From Eledone cirrhosa (Eukaryota): DNA of 64,000 nucleotides. This document shows positions 44,809-56,405 of the stretch, piece after piece. Position 1 is the first letter of the stretch. Each line of letters starts with the position of its first letter. Both the position numbers and the translations under genes were made by a program. The DNA lies in contig OZ024744.1 in the NCBI GenBank assembly GCA_964016885.1, positions 99,448,001 to 99,512,000 on the forward strand, in the 5' to 3' direction. The notes under the pieces are model-generated. The model did not search any database. It saw only the letters and a list, made by a program, of their open reading frames with translations, and was not told the DNA's origin.

Positions 44809-45765
44809 GTGTAAAGTGGTCATGACAAAAAGCACCCAGTTCACCCTGTAAAGTGGTCCTGTAGGTGTCACGACAAAAAGCACCCAGTTCACCCTGTAAA
44901 GTGGTCATGTAGGTGACACAACAAAAACCACCCAGTCCACACTGTAAAGTGGTCATGTAGGTGACACAACAAAAAGCACCCAGTCCACACTGTAAAGAGG
45001 TCATGTAGGTGTCATGACAAAAAGCACCCAGTCCACACTGTAAAGTGGTCATGTAGGTGACACAACAAAAAGCACCCAGTCCACACTGTAAAGAGGTCAT
45101 GTAGGTGTCATGACAAAAAGCACCCAGTCCACACTGTAAAGTGGTCATGTAGGTGACACAACAAAAAGCACCCAGTCCACACTGTAAAGTGGTCATGTAG
45201 GTGACACAACAAAAACCACCCAGTCCACACTGTAAAGTGGTCATGTAGGTGACACAACAAAAAGCACCCAGTCCACACTGTAAAGAGGTCATGTAGGTGT
45301 CATGACAAAAAGCACCCAGTCCACACTGTAAAGTGGTCATGTAGGTGACACAACAAAAAGCACCCAGTCCACACTGTAAAGTGGTCATGTAGGTGACACA
45401 ACAAAAACCACCCAGTCCACACTGTAAAGTGGTCATGTAGGTGACACAACAAAAAGCACCCAGTCCACACTGTAAAGTGGTCATGTAGGTGACACAACAA
45501 AAACCACCCAGTCCACACTGTAAAGTGGTCATGTAGGTGACACAACAAAAAGCACCCAGTCCACACTGTAAAGTGGTCATGTAGGTGACACAACAAAAAG
45601 CACCCAGTCCACACTGTAAAGTGGTCATGTAGGTGACACAACAAAAAGCACCCAGTACAACTGTAAAGTGGTCATGTAGGTGACACAACAAAAAGCACCC
45701 AGTACAACTGTAAAGTGGTCATGTAGGTGACACAACAAAAAGCACCCAGTCCACACTATAAATGT
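44809..45765. repeat. 48-bp tandem array (~20 copies) derived from the RTE 3' UTR
   Basis: Unit tgtaaagtggtcatgtaggtgacacaacaaaaagcacccagtccacac; continues into the RTE tail (gaagggcatccagc...ccatgctagcgtggaagaatggacgtaaaacggtgatg, to ~45918). Confidence 0.95.
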
Positions 45766-46109
45766 GGTTGGCATTCAGAAGGGCATCCAGCTGTAGAAAC
45801 CAAACCAAAATCAGTTCTGTATGAGCAAGACATGGTCATCTGACCTAGCATTGCTCACAAGAGTACAACTTGTCTGACCCATGCTAGCGTGGAAGAATGG
45901 ACGTAAAACGGTGATGATATGTGTGTGAGTGGGAGGGTAAGAAGGAAGTATTTCAATGTAGGTGGGAGAGGGTGAGTGGGAGGGAATAACAAAGTAAGGA
46001 ATAACAAAAGAAAAGAATAGCCTGACCAGAGTGTAATAGGTGGATGGGTGGGTGTTCTGGTTTGAAACTAGCCAGTCCAGTGGAGCAGAAAATATTGTAA
46101 GAGGAACAG

Positions 46110-46288
46110 AAATGTCAAAGAATTTGACGCAGAGAGTTACAACCCTTGCCATTCTGAGTTCAAATCCCACCAAGGTTAACTTTACCTTTCATCCTTACGG
46201 GGTTGTTAAAATAAAGTACCAGTAATGCACTGGGATAAATGCTGCCCTTGTGCCAAATGTAGAACCAATTATTATTATTATTATTATT
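46110..46288 (+). mobile_element. Nin/Deu-like SINE ending in (ATT)n
   Basis: gagttcaaatcccaccaaggttaactttacctttcatccttacgggg...aagtaccag. Confidence 0.8.
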
Positions 46289-46289
46289 G

Positions 46290-47716
46290 TTCTTTGAGTC
46301 TCAGTCATTGATGTTATTTAACTGGAAAGTTTGTTGAAATGAATATCAAGCCACTACCTGCAGCCTCAGATATTCAGGACGTATCGGAGGGTTCTTGCTG
46401 TTCCCAGCAAGCATGCCTTTTGAAGTGTTCCAAAAAGCGGGGCTGGACTAATCTTCTTTAACCATCCTTGGAAACTCTTTGAGATAGTACCTAGTGCTCC
46501 TATGACAATTGGGACGACTTTGACTTCATGACAGTTCCAAATCCTTTTTACCTCCCACTTTAAGTCCTGGTATCGGTTAATTTTCCCCCTCTCCTTTTCT
46601 TGCACTCTCGTGTCAAATGGGCAGGCTACATCTACAATCAGGCACAATCTTTTTTCCTTGTCCAAAACCACCAGGTCAGGTCTATTGTGTTCTAATTTCT
46701 TGTCCATCTGTATCCTAAAATCCCATAGCACCTTCACCTGATCGTTTTCTATCACCGACTCTGGCTTATGCTCATACCACTTCTCAGAATGTGGTAAATT
46801 GTTTACTTTGCATAGATGCCAGTGGATCACCCTGCCTATCACATCATGTCTCCAGCCTTTATAGTGAGTCTGGGCTAGGTGTTTACACTTGGATACAATG
46901 TGAGCCACGGTCTCCTCTCTCTCTCCCCAGATCCTACACAATGAGCTAGCCTCCTCCTTGTCAATATGGTGTTTCACCAACTTCGTTCTGAAGGCTTGCT
47001 CTTGCGCAGCTGTTAGCATTCCTTCTGAAGCCTTTTTAAGGTCTCCTCTTTTTAACCAGTTCCATGTCGGTGGATCTCTAAATTCCGTTTTCTTAAAGAA
47101 GGTGCTATGAAGGGATTTTTCATGAAGGTTGCTCTTTCTCCTTGTTATTTCCTCCTTGGACATCCCCTGGTCTATTGTCCTCTCCTTCAGTACAATTTTG
47201 AACATTGGCTCCCTACTGTCGGTCACGTATTTGTGCAGGTTGTTTTTCTCCATCTGAACACAGTCCTCTATGCTGATAAGACCTCTTCCACCTTCAGATC
47301 TCTTTAAGTAGAGTCTATCGACATCATTCCTCTTGTGGAACATGTTGTAGATAGTCAATAGCTTCCTAGTCTTCCTATCCATTTCTTTTTGTTCAGCAAC
47401 ATTCTATTTCAGAATTCCTGCACTGTACCTAAAAATAGACACAGCTCGGGAATTTACTGCACTTATGACATTCCTACTATTTAGATGTGATTTTAATACG
47501 GTCCTTACTCTCCTAATGTACTCAGATCTTATCAATTCCTTCATTTTTTTGTTCTTGATGTCATCAGCCTCCAGAACACCTAAATATTTGTATCCCTCTT
47601 CAGTGTCAATTTCCTTTATCATCTCACCTGTTGGTACCTGGATTCCGTTGATTCTGCTCTTCATCACTAGGACTCCACACTTATTAATACCAAATTCCAT
47701 ACATATATCATTGCTG
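46290..47716 (-). mobile_element. Dong/R4-clade non-LTR retrotransposon, 5'-truncated copy 1
   Basis: YKYLG, RLYLKRSEGGRGL, CCHC-like CRI.GE.EETVAHIVS.C, RHD, WDF.I..D..LEHNRPD (REL endonuclease), PIVIGALG; (ATT)n at both ends. Confidence 0.92.
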
Positions 47717-47732
47717 ATTATTATTATTATTT

Positions 47733-47921
47733 GGCAGTATTGGTAGAGGGTTGGATGCCATGCTTTGACGCATAGAGTTACGGCCCTTGCCATTCTGAGT
47801 TCAAATCCCGCCAAGGTTAACTTTACCTTTCATCCTTACGGGGTCGATAAAATAAAGTACCAGTAATACACTGGGTAATTGCTGGCCTTGTGTCAAAAGT
47901 AGAAACAATTAATATTATTAT
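47733..47921 (+). mobile_element. Nin/Deu-like SINE ending in an ATT-rich tail
   Basis: Same family as 30317-30510 and 46110-46288. Confidence 0.82.
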
Positions 47922-47922
47922 T

Positions 47923-50900
47923 GGAGTCTCAGTCATTGATGTTAGTTAACTGGAAAGTTTGTTGAAATTAATATCAAGCCACTACCTGCAGCCTCAGATA
48001 TCCAGGACGTATCGGAGGGTTCTTGCTGTTCCCAGCAAGCATGCCTTTTGAAGTGTTCCAAAAAGCGGGGCGGGACCAATTTTCTTTAACCATCCTTGGA
48101 AACTCTTTGAGATAGTACCTAGTGCGCCTATGACAATCGGGACCACTTTGACTTCATGGCAGTTCCAAATCCTTTTTACCTCCCACTTTAAGTCCTGGTA
48201 TCGGTTAATTTTCTACCTCTCCTTCTATTGCACTCTCGTGTCGAATGGGCAGGCTACATCCACAATCAGGCACGATCTTTTTTCCTTGTCCAAAACCACC
48301 AGGTCAGGTCTATTGTGTTCCAGTTTCTTGTCAGTCTGAATCCTAAAATCCCATAGCACCTTCACCTGATCGTTTTCTATCACCGCCTCTGGCTTATGCT
48401 CATACCACTTCTCAGAATGTGGTAAATTGTTTACTTTGCATAGGTGCCAGTGGATCACCCTGCCCATCACATCATGTCTCCAGCCTTTATAGTGAGTCTG
48501 GGCTAGGTGTTTACACTCGGATACAATGTGAGCCACAGTCTCCTCCTTGTAAATATGGTGTTTCAGCCACTTTGTTTTGAGGGCCTGCTCTTGCACAGCC
48601 TAATGGCTGCATTCCTTCTGTAGCCTTTTTAAGGTCTCCTCTTTTCAACCAGTTCCATGTCTGTTGATCTCTGAATTCAGTTTTCTCAAAGAAGGTACTA
48701 TGAAGGGATTTTTCATGAAGGTTGCTCTTTCTCCTTGTTGTTATTTCCTCCTTGGACATCCCCTTGTCTATTGTCCTCTCCTTCAGTAGAATTCTGAACA
48801 CTGGCTCCCTATTATCAGTCACGTATTTGTGTAGGTTGTTTTTTTTCTCCATCTGAACACAGTCCTCTATGCTGATAAGACCTCTTCCACCTTCAGATCT
48901 CTTTAAGTAGAGTCTATCGACATCACTCCTCTTGTGGAACATGTTGTAGATAGTCATTAGCTTCCTAGTCTTCCTATCCATTTCTTTTTGTTCGGCAACA
49001 TTCCATCTCAGAATTCCCGCACTGTACCTAATAATAGACACAGCTCGGGAATTTACTGCACTTATGGCATTCCTACTGTTCAGATGTGATTTTAATACGC
49101 TCCCTACTCTCCGAATGTATTCAGATCTTATCAATTCCTTCATTATTAATACTCCACACTTATTAATACCAAATTGCATACATATATCATTGCGGAAAAT
49201 ATGGACAGTGTCAACAAGCACATCCAACTCCTTATCACTCTTCCCGAAGAGCTTAAGATCGTCCATGAAGAGGAGGTGATTGATGGTAAGCTCTCCCTTT
49301 CTCAACTTGTATCCTGCTCTCACTTTTCGCAGTATAATGGTCAGGGGCATGAGGGCAAGGACAAACAACAGAGGGGACAGACTATCTCCCTAGAAGATAC
49401 CTCTCTTGATCTTCACGCCTCGCAAGGATTCTCCAGCTGATGTTAACTCTATTTTCCAGGACTTCATACTTTTGCTTAACAACTGTCTGATGTTATCTGC
49501 CACCTTGAAGATCTCTAGGCTTTTGGTGATCCAAGAATGAGGCACCATGTCAAATGCCTTTTTTAGTCTATCCATCCCATGGCAAGACCAGTGTGTCTCC
49601 TCTTGCAATTCCTCATTACCATCTTATCAATAAGTAACTGGTCCTTTGTACCACGGGACTTCTTTCGGCATCCTTTGTGTTCGTCCGGTAACAAGTTGTT
49701 TATGTGGAGGTGATGGTAGATTTCCTCAGACACAATGCTTGTCAACAGTTTCCACATTACGGACAGACATGTGATAGGTCTATAGTTGGTAACATCATTA
49801 CCCTTGATTCAGTCTTTCATTACCAGAACTGTGGTACCTTTTGTCAACCACTCTGGTACCTCACCTGACATCAAGCAGTCATTGAACATGGTTGTCAGTT
49901 TCGGGTGGAGGGATGTTATATTTTTAATCCAATACCCCTGCACACCATCTGGGCCTGGTGATTTCCAGTTGGTTAGTTTTTTGGCCTGCCCCTTAAGAGT
50001 TTCAACTGTGATACTCAAATCAGTTTGTTGGTGTGCCTGATCACTAATCTCCTTTTGTACTGTCTCAATCCACACTGCCTGGTCATTATGTTTAACATCC
50101 TGCACCCATATTCCTCTCCAGAATGTCTTAGTTTGTTCCGCCTCAGGGATCAAGTCGTTGCCTCTTTCTTTCCCTTCAAGCTGCCCAAACAACATCTTCT
50201 GGTTGTTGTCAAACATGTGGTTCTGTCTATACTGACTGACTCTGCTCTCGTATCGCCTAATTTTTGCACACTTTGCTACAATGCGTTGCTTCAGTTCCTC
50301 TATGATAATATTTAGCTTTTTCCTCCTAGTTTTGTACTTTATTTCCAGTCTATTTTTAGTGTCTATGTTTTTTAATGTCCCATTCAGTAGGGACTCAAGC
50401 TTTCCAATGTCATTTCTCATTTCCCTGATTTGACCATTCAGTCGTTTCTTCCACCAAGGTTCTGATCTTTCTTGTTTGTTGTTTCCTCTCGCTTTTATGC
50501 CAAGTAATTTCCTCACTGCATTTGCTGTTGCTTTGAGGATATTGTTGCACTGGTGAAGGCTCCTCGCCTCAAGGTATGGGATGACTTTTTGTTTATCTAA
50601 TTTAAATAGACCAATCTCGTTCCAGATGTTATGCATCCGTTTTCTATAGCCTTTCTCCTTGGGGTTACTCTTCAGGTAACATTGCATAACTGCTCTATTG
50701 AATTCTTTCGTCCAGTTGGTTCTGGTCCCTTTCCTTCTTCCTCTTCCTCCAACACCAGCAGTATTTGGATGACAGCCAGGTCCCTGCTGCTGGGCCAGGG
50801 AGCACCTGCTGGGTGAGTCTGTCACATGACATTCCAGTCTCCACTTCACCGTTATTCGAACTCTTTAGGTTTGTCATTTAAGCACTCATATCGAGGATTG

Positions 50901-50975
50901 GTGAATGTATGGTTACATAACTACCGGTGATTTCATCACCCTTGGTGATTTTAGCGTGGCACCATCACGCTGTAG
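47923..50975 (-). mobile_element. Dong/R4-clade element copy 2, near full-length but disrupted by stops, frameshifts and deletions
   Basis: [60 protein letters not shown]; 3' end matches copy 1. Confidence 0.93.
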
Positions 50976-51076
50976 ATGAACATAAATAAACAAACAAACA
51001 AATAGATAAAAACCTAAAAAAACAAAAACAAACATGAGTTTCATTGTAATGTTTGAATGTCTGACTTAGTTTTTTT

Positions 51077-51122
<46 letters not shown>

Positions 51123-51124
<2 letters not shown>

Positions 51125-51814
51125 CTTGAATCTGTCATTGATGTTAGTTAACTGGAAAGTCCGTTGGAATGAATATCAAGCCACTACCTGCAGCCTCAGA
51201 TATTCAGGACGTATCGGAGGGTTCTTGCTGTTCCCAGCAAGCATGCCTTTTGAAGCATTCCAAAAAGCGTGAAGGGGCCGATTTTCTTTAACCATCCCTG
51301 GAAACTTTTGGAGATAGTCCCCAGTGCGCCTATGACAATCGGGATCACTTTGACTTCATGGCAGTTCCAAATCCTTTTTACCTCCCACTTTAAGTCCTGG
51401 TATCGGTTAATTTTCTACCTCTCCTTCTCTTGCACTCTCGTGTCGAATGAGCAGGCCACATCCACAATCAGACACGCTCTTTTTTCTTTGTCCACAACCA
51501 CCAGGTCAGGTCTATTGTGTTCCAGTTTCTTGTCTGTCTGTATCCTAAAATCCCACAGCACCTTCACCTGATCGTTCTCCATCACCGCCTCTGGCTTATG
51601 CTGATACCATTTCTCAGAATGTGGTATATTGTTTACTTTGCACAGGTGCCAGTGGATCACCCTGCCCATCACATCATGTCTCCAGCCTTTATAGTGGGTC
51701 TGGGCTAGGTGTTTACACTCGGATACAATGTGAGCCACAGTCTCCTCTCTCTCTCCACAGATCCTGCACAGTGGGCTAGCCTCCTCCTTGTAAATATGGT
51801 GTTTCAACCACTTC
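51123..51814 (-). mobile_element. Dong/R4-clade element copy 3 (3' fragment) inside (TAT)n
   Basis: CRICGEREETVAHIVSEC, HNRPD; flanked by (TAT)n at 51079-51123 and 51816-51842. Confidence 0.92.
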
Positions 51815-51844
51815 GTTATTATTATTATTATTATTATTATTACA

Positions 51845-52551
51845 GTTGCATTTATCTTGCTTTATGTTCATACGAGTTATCACCAAGTCACAACCAGTGA
51901 CCTCAAGAGACAACAAGGTCCGCCATGTTCAAGAAAGAACATACATATTCACACATGCATCTTTAGTGTTTAGACTTGTGATGTACTTATATTGACAGAA
52001 TCTTCCTTAGTATATGGGCAGTTCCCATTAATACTATCTTTTGTATTTATCCTATACGCGGGTTTCCTGGGATTTGCGATATGTAATCATTAGACCCCTT
52101 AGGTATCATTCCCAGAGCGCCTACAACCACTGGTATTGTTTTAGTTCTCAATTTCAACATTTTTCCAATTTCTATCTCCAGGTCCTTATACTTGCTCAAT
52201 TTTTCAAATGTTTTTATAGATACATTCTTGTCTATTGGAACAGACATATCAATTAGCAGGCATACCCTCTTTTGAAAGTCTTTCAATATTATATCAGGTC
52301 TGTTTGCATCTATTTTTCGGTCTGTTTGGATGCTAAAGTTCCACAAGATTGAGATGTGATCTTTTTCAAGTATGGGAGGTGGTTGATGCTCCCACCAATT
52401 CTTTTGATGGGGCAGGTCAAAATGCTTACACATTATCCAATGTATGTATTGTGCAGCTCTGTCATGCCTGTTTAGGTATTCGGTTGGAGCTATAGGACTG
52501 CACATTGAAATTATATGGTCAATGGTCTCTGGTTGTTTTTTGCATACGCGG

Positions 52552-52552
<1 letters not shown>
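51845..52552 (-). mobile_element. Second Dong/R4-like family, 3' fragment
   Basis: CRVCK..PETIDHIISMC, YLNRHD, ILWNFSIQTDRKIDANRPD, KLSKYKDLEIEI, PVVVGALG; (ATT)n at 52553-52610. Confidence 0.88.
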
Positions 52553-52611
<59 letters not shown>

Positions 52612-52799
52612 ATAATGCTTTCTTTATTAACCACAAGGATTTAGAAACCTTCAGAGTATGATCCTTGTCAAAACAAATCCATTATAGAATCACAATATGT
52701 TAGTGCCATTAAATATTTACATGTCTAACTGATGAGCAGCTGATCCTCTTATGTGGAAACATAAAAATATCACTGCATGCCAAAGAGAAGAAACAGAGA

Positions 52800-53535
52800 C
52801 ATCATCATTATCGTTTAATGTCTATCTTCCATGCTAGCATGGGTTAAATGGGAATTGTCCCACTTGAGGCAAGATTGATCGGGTGACCGTGTCTCGTTCG
52901 TATAGGACTATCTGGCAGTTTTTCTATTGCTGGATGCCTTTCCCAACACCAACCATATTTACAGTGTGGATTGGGAGCTTTTCTACCATGTCTCCTACTC
53001 GACCACTTTACAGCGTGGACTGTGTGTGCTTTTTTGTCGTGACACCTACATGAACTCTTTAGTTTGGACTGTATGTTCTGTGGTACCAACATAACTTTAC
53101 AGAGAAAGGGTAGTGTTGGTGGGAGTGGGAGGATGGAGTAGGGGTAGTGGGTTGGGGTGTATATTTGGTTATGAGGTGCATATTGACTGAAGGTTTAACT
53201 TTGTACGTAGGGAAGGCGAGTCTTTTGTATTACTGCGTAGCGCCAAAGGTCTCAATCCAGATCTCGGTCCAGTGACATTGTCTTAGAGAGGTGTAAGTGT
53301 GCAAGGTCGGATTTTATCATGTCGTCCCAGGTTTTGTTGGGTCTACCTACTCCGTAACTTCCATCAATTTTGATCGCCCTGCACTTTTTTATACAGCTGT
53401 CGTCTTTCATGCACATCACATGACCATACCAATGTAATCTTTTCTCAAGTAAACAGCATCTGATCTCTCTTATTCTTAATTTCTCAGTTTGTTTACACAT
53501 CCAACGGAGCATGCATGCTTTGTTCCTTTCCAGAC
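52800..53535 (-). mobile_element. 5'-truncated RTE LINE copy
   Basis: LERNKACMLRWMC, RLHWYGHV, GRPNKTW; same 3' UTR and tail as the other RTE copies. Confidence 0.9.
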
Positions 53536-53786
53536 AAACAAAAACAAATAGATAACAGGCTAAATCTGTCACTCACAAGTCTTTGGTTGTCATGCTGTGG
53601 GATAGAACCCAAGACCAGCTGGTTGTAAAGTGAACTTTTTAATCTTGCAGCCATCCCTGTACCTATATGGTACTTAGTTGTAGTTATTTCATGTCAATTT
53701 TGGTTTGTCATGTCGCCTAAGTAGAATCGAGTCAATAGATCTGAGATTTCCTTCACAGAAAAAAATAAATGATTACATATCTTTAC

Positions 53787-53869
53787 CTTGTACGGATATT
53801 CTTCACTCCCAAGAAATACAAGATGTTCCAGTGTATGTGGTAGACCATCATCATCGTGTGCTTCAGTGG
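53787..53869 (-). CDS. Internal coding exon (83 bp) of a peptidase M16 zinc metalloprotease (M16C / C05D11.1-like)
   Basis: Encodes (A)TEAHDDDGLPHTLEHLVFLGSEEYPYK with the inverted zinc motif HxxEH and GS..YP; acceptor tttctgtttag and donor AAG|gtaaag on the minus strand. Confidence 0.88.
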
Positions 53870-53912
53870 CTAAACAGAAATAATAATGAAATAAAGAAAC
53901 CATTATTATTAT

Positions 53913-54660
53913 AAGCTCTACAGGCACGGAAGTGCCGTCAGCCGATCCTGTCCGAGATGCACGCAGAGCGACGAAACCGTCGCGCATGCACTCGTTCAGT
54001 GCCCGAGCATTGCTGACTTGTGGAGCTATGTCGAACAGTTGCTGTTGCATGTAGGACTGATCCGGTTATCGACTGAGTCCATTGTGTAGATGGACTCGCC
54101 GTCTTTCTTCGAGGAGGAAGGGCAGGTGGTTTTCATCTGCCTGGTGGCCATGGCGAAAGAGATTTTGTGGTGGACAAGTTTGAAAGGGTTAAAGACAGAC
54201 ACTTTCCTCTTCGGCGAATCCCTAATTAACTTTTTCAAGTTTCACTTGAAGAGAAAAATCAGGGTGGAGAGGCAAGTGCTGCCTTCTAGCAAGTTTGTTG
54301 AAAGGTGGGTGAATGTAGCGAGAATGGTCCGAGTGAACGGGACCACTCTGAATATACGTCTGTAGTTTGAGGAATGGGAGAAAATTGAGAGAGGGCGCTT
54401 GCCCTGATGGTCAGGGTGGCCGTGGTCTTTTGTGAGGTTTCCCCCCTATTGGGGAATTTTTCATTGTTTGAATTTTCATTTTTATTGTTTATATATATAT
54501 GTTTCTATGTCTTTTTTCTTTTTCGTTTCTTATATAAATAATAAAAATCTTTACAGGCACACAACCCACATCGTACCGTCCTGTGCCGTCTGTAATGTTT
54601 TTCTTGATGTCAGCCCTTGTGGCCAATAAATAAATCATTATTATTATTATTATTATTACT
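53913..54660 (+). mobile_element. 3' fragment of an L1/Tx1-clade LINE
   Basis: CPRCTQSDETVAHALVQC..IADLW (CCHC knuckle), then AKEILW...FHLKRKIRVER...FVERW; 3' end aataaataaatc(att)n. Confidence 0.72.
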
Positions 54661-54799
54661 ATTTTCTTTTTTGCTAATCAAGAGCATGGCCTTTAGTCCA
54701 GTCCAGGATGTCTGTACCACTAGCAACAACATCATTCCAGTTATGAGTCTCTAGTCTAATTCTAGTCTAAAGTCTGTCTCAAGCTAAGAGGCTTGTCAG

Positions 54800-55140
54800 G
54801 CTGGTGCTTATACTGGTTTCATGGCATGAAGTGACAGAGAGTACAAGAATTCCCCTGGACAGGACGCCAGTCCATCACAGGGTTAAAGCCCCCCTTATTT
54901 CTGCTGGTACTCATTTTCAGCTAAGTATACTGGAACAATGTGATTTTAAGTCCAACACCCTTACCACTAGGCCACACACCTTCACTGAGTATACTGGAGC
55001 AACATGAAATAAAGTGTTTTGCTCAAGAGCACAACACACCACCTAGTGATTAAGTGATTGAGAATAGAAGACCCCCATCTGGACAGGACGACAGTTCATT
55101 TCTGTGTAAAACCCCCAGTTATTGATGGTACTCCTTTTCA
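54800..55140 (-). mobile_element. SINE body fragments preceding the 131-bp array
   Basis: ctggacaggacgccagtccatcacaggg...ctggtactcattttcagct present twice. Confidence 0.6.
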
Positions 55141-55787
55141 GCTGAGTATACTGGAGAAACATGAAATAAAGTGTTTTGCTCAAGAACACAACACACAACC
55201 CAGCCCAGTAATCAAACCCACATTATGATCATAAGTCCAACACCTTTACCACTAGACCACACACCTCTACTGAGTATACTGGAGCAACATGAAATGAAGT
55301 GTTTTGCTCAAGAACACAACACAAAACCTAGCCCAGGAATCAAACCCATGGCATTATGATCATAAGTCCAACACCCTTACCACTAGATCACACACCTCCA
55401 CTGAGTATACTGGAGCAACATGAAATAAAGTGTTTTGCTCAAGAACACAACACACAACCCAGCCCAGGAATCAAACCCATGGCATTATGATCAAAAGTCC
55501 AACACCTTTACCACTAGATCACACACCTCCACTGAGTATACTGGAGAAACATGAAATAAAGTGTTTTGCTCAAGAACACAACACACAACCCAGCCCAGGA
55601 ATCAAACCCATGACATTGTGATCATAAGTCCAACACCTTTACCACTAGGCCACACACCTCCACTGAGTATACTGGAGAAACATGAAATAAAGTGTTTTGC
55701 TCAAGAACACAACACACAACCCAGCCCAGGAATCAAACCCATGGCATTATGATTGTAAGTTCAACACCCTTACCACTAGATCACACA
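55140..55787 (-). repeat. 131-bp tandem array (~5 copies) of a tRNA-like SINE head
   Basis: ctgagtatactggag at ~55142, 55270, 55401, 55532, 55663; minus strand carries A-box-like tggtctagtggta and B-box-like ggtttgattcc. Confidence 0.88.
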
Positions 55788-56044
55788 GTAATGAAATGAT
55801 CGTTGCACTTTAACTTTGTACAGAGTTAACAATTAATCAGGAGAGTTGCTGAGAAGCTGAAAATATCCAGTGAAGTAAAGCTTGAACTAGTCACTTGCAT
55901 AGTCAGCCAGATACTACTACATGTTGGGGTAAATAGATACCTAATAATTCTTCTTCTTCTTGTATGACATATGCACAATGGTTAGAGAGACAAATTGAGA
56001 TTGGTGAGCCAGAGTAAGGCATCATTTGTAGTATTATAGATTAC

Positions 56045-56220
56045 CTCCAGGCTGCCAGCAAAGTGTCTGGGGAGCAATCTTGAACACAACATGTAGCACT
56101 GTCTGGTCAGGGTCCCCACAGTCCCATGCTGGGCCCTCTTTCATTTGACTGATTTAAATGATGGGGCTGTCCTGGCAGGCATGTGTTGTGCAGATCCGAT
56201 TAAGAGACACCCATTGCTTT
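56045..56220 (-). mobile_element. Possible decayed LINE C-terminal zinc-knuckle fragment
   Basis: Minus strand gives QWVSLNRI and DCGDPDQTVLHVV..DC across frames. Confidence 0.4.
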
Positions 56221-56244
56221 CTACCTAATGATTAGTGTAGCATT

Positions 56245-56405
56245 CATCATTATCATCATTATCATTTAACGTCCATTTTCCACGCTAGCATGAGTAGGAC
56301 GGGCTGTCCCTTTGGGAGAGATCAGGCTGGAGGATCATATTTTGCTCACATAGGGCTGATTTTGGCTTGGTTTCTACAGCTGGATGCCCTTCCTAACGTC
56401 AACCA
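56245..56405 (-). mobile_element. RTE-type 3' tail fragment
   Basis: (CAT)n-ttaacgtccattttccacgctagcatg...ctggatgcccttcctaac. Confidence 0.75.

Noticed and set aside
44627-45691. 354-aa Cys-rich repeat ORF
   Set aside because: Translation of the 48-bp RTE-derived array
52727-52765. CTGATGA...GAAAC as a hammerhead
   Set aside because: Helix II and helix I do not pair convincingly
53694-54050. 118-aa ORF as a complete gene
   Set aside because: Only 53787-53869 is the M16 exon; the rest is intron and antisense L1/Tx1 sequence
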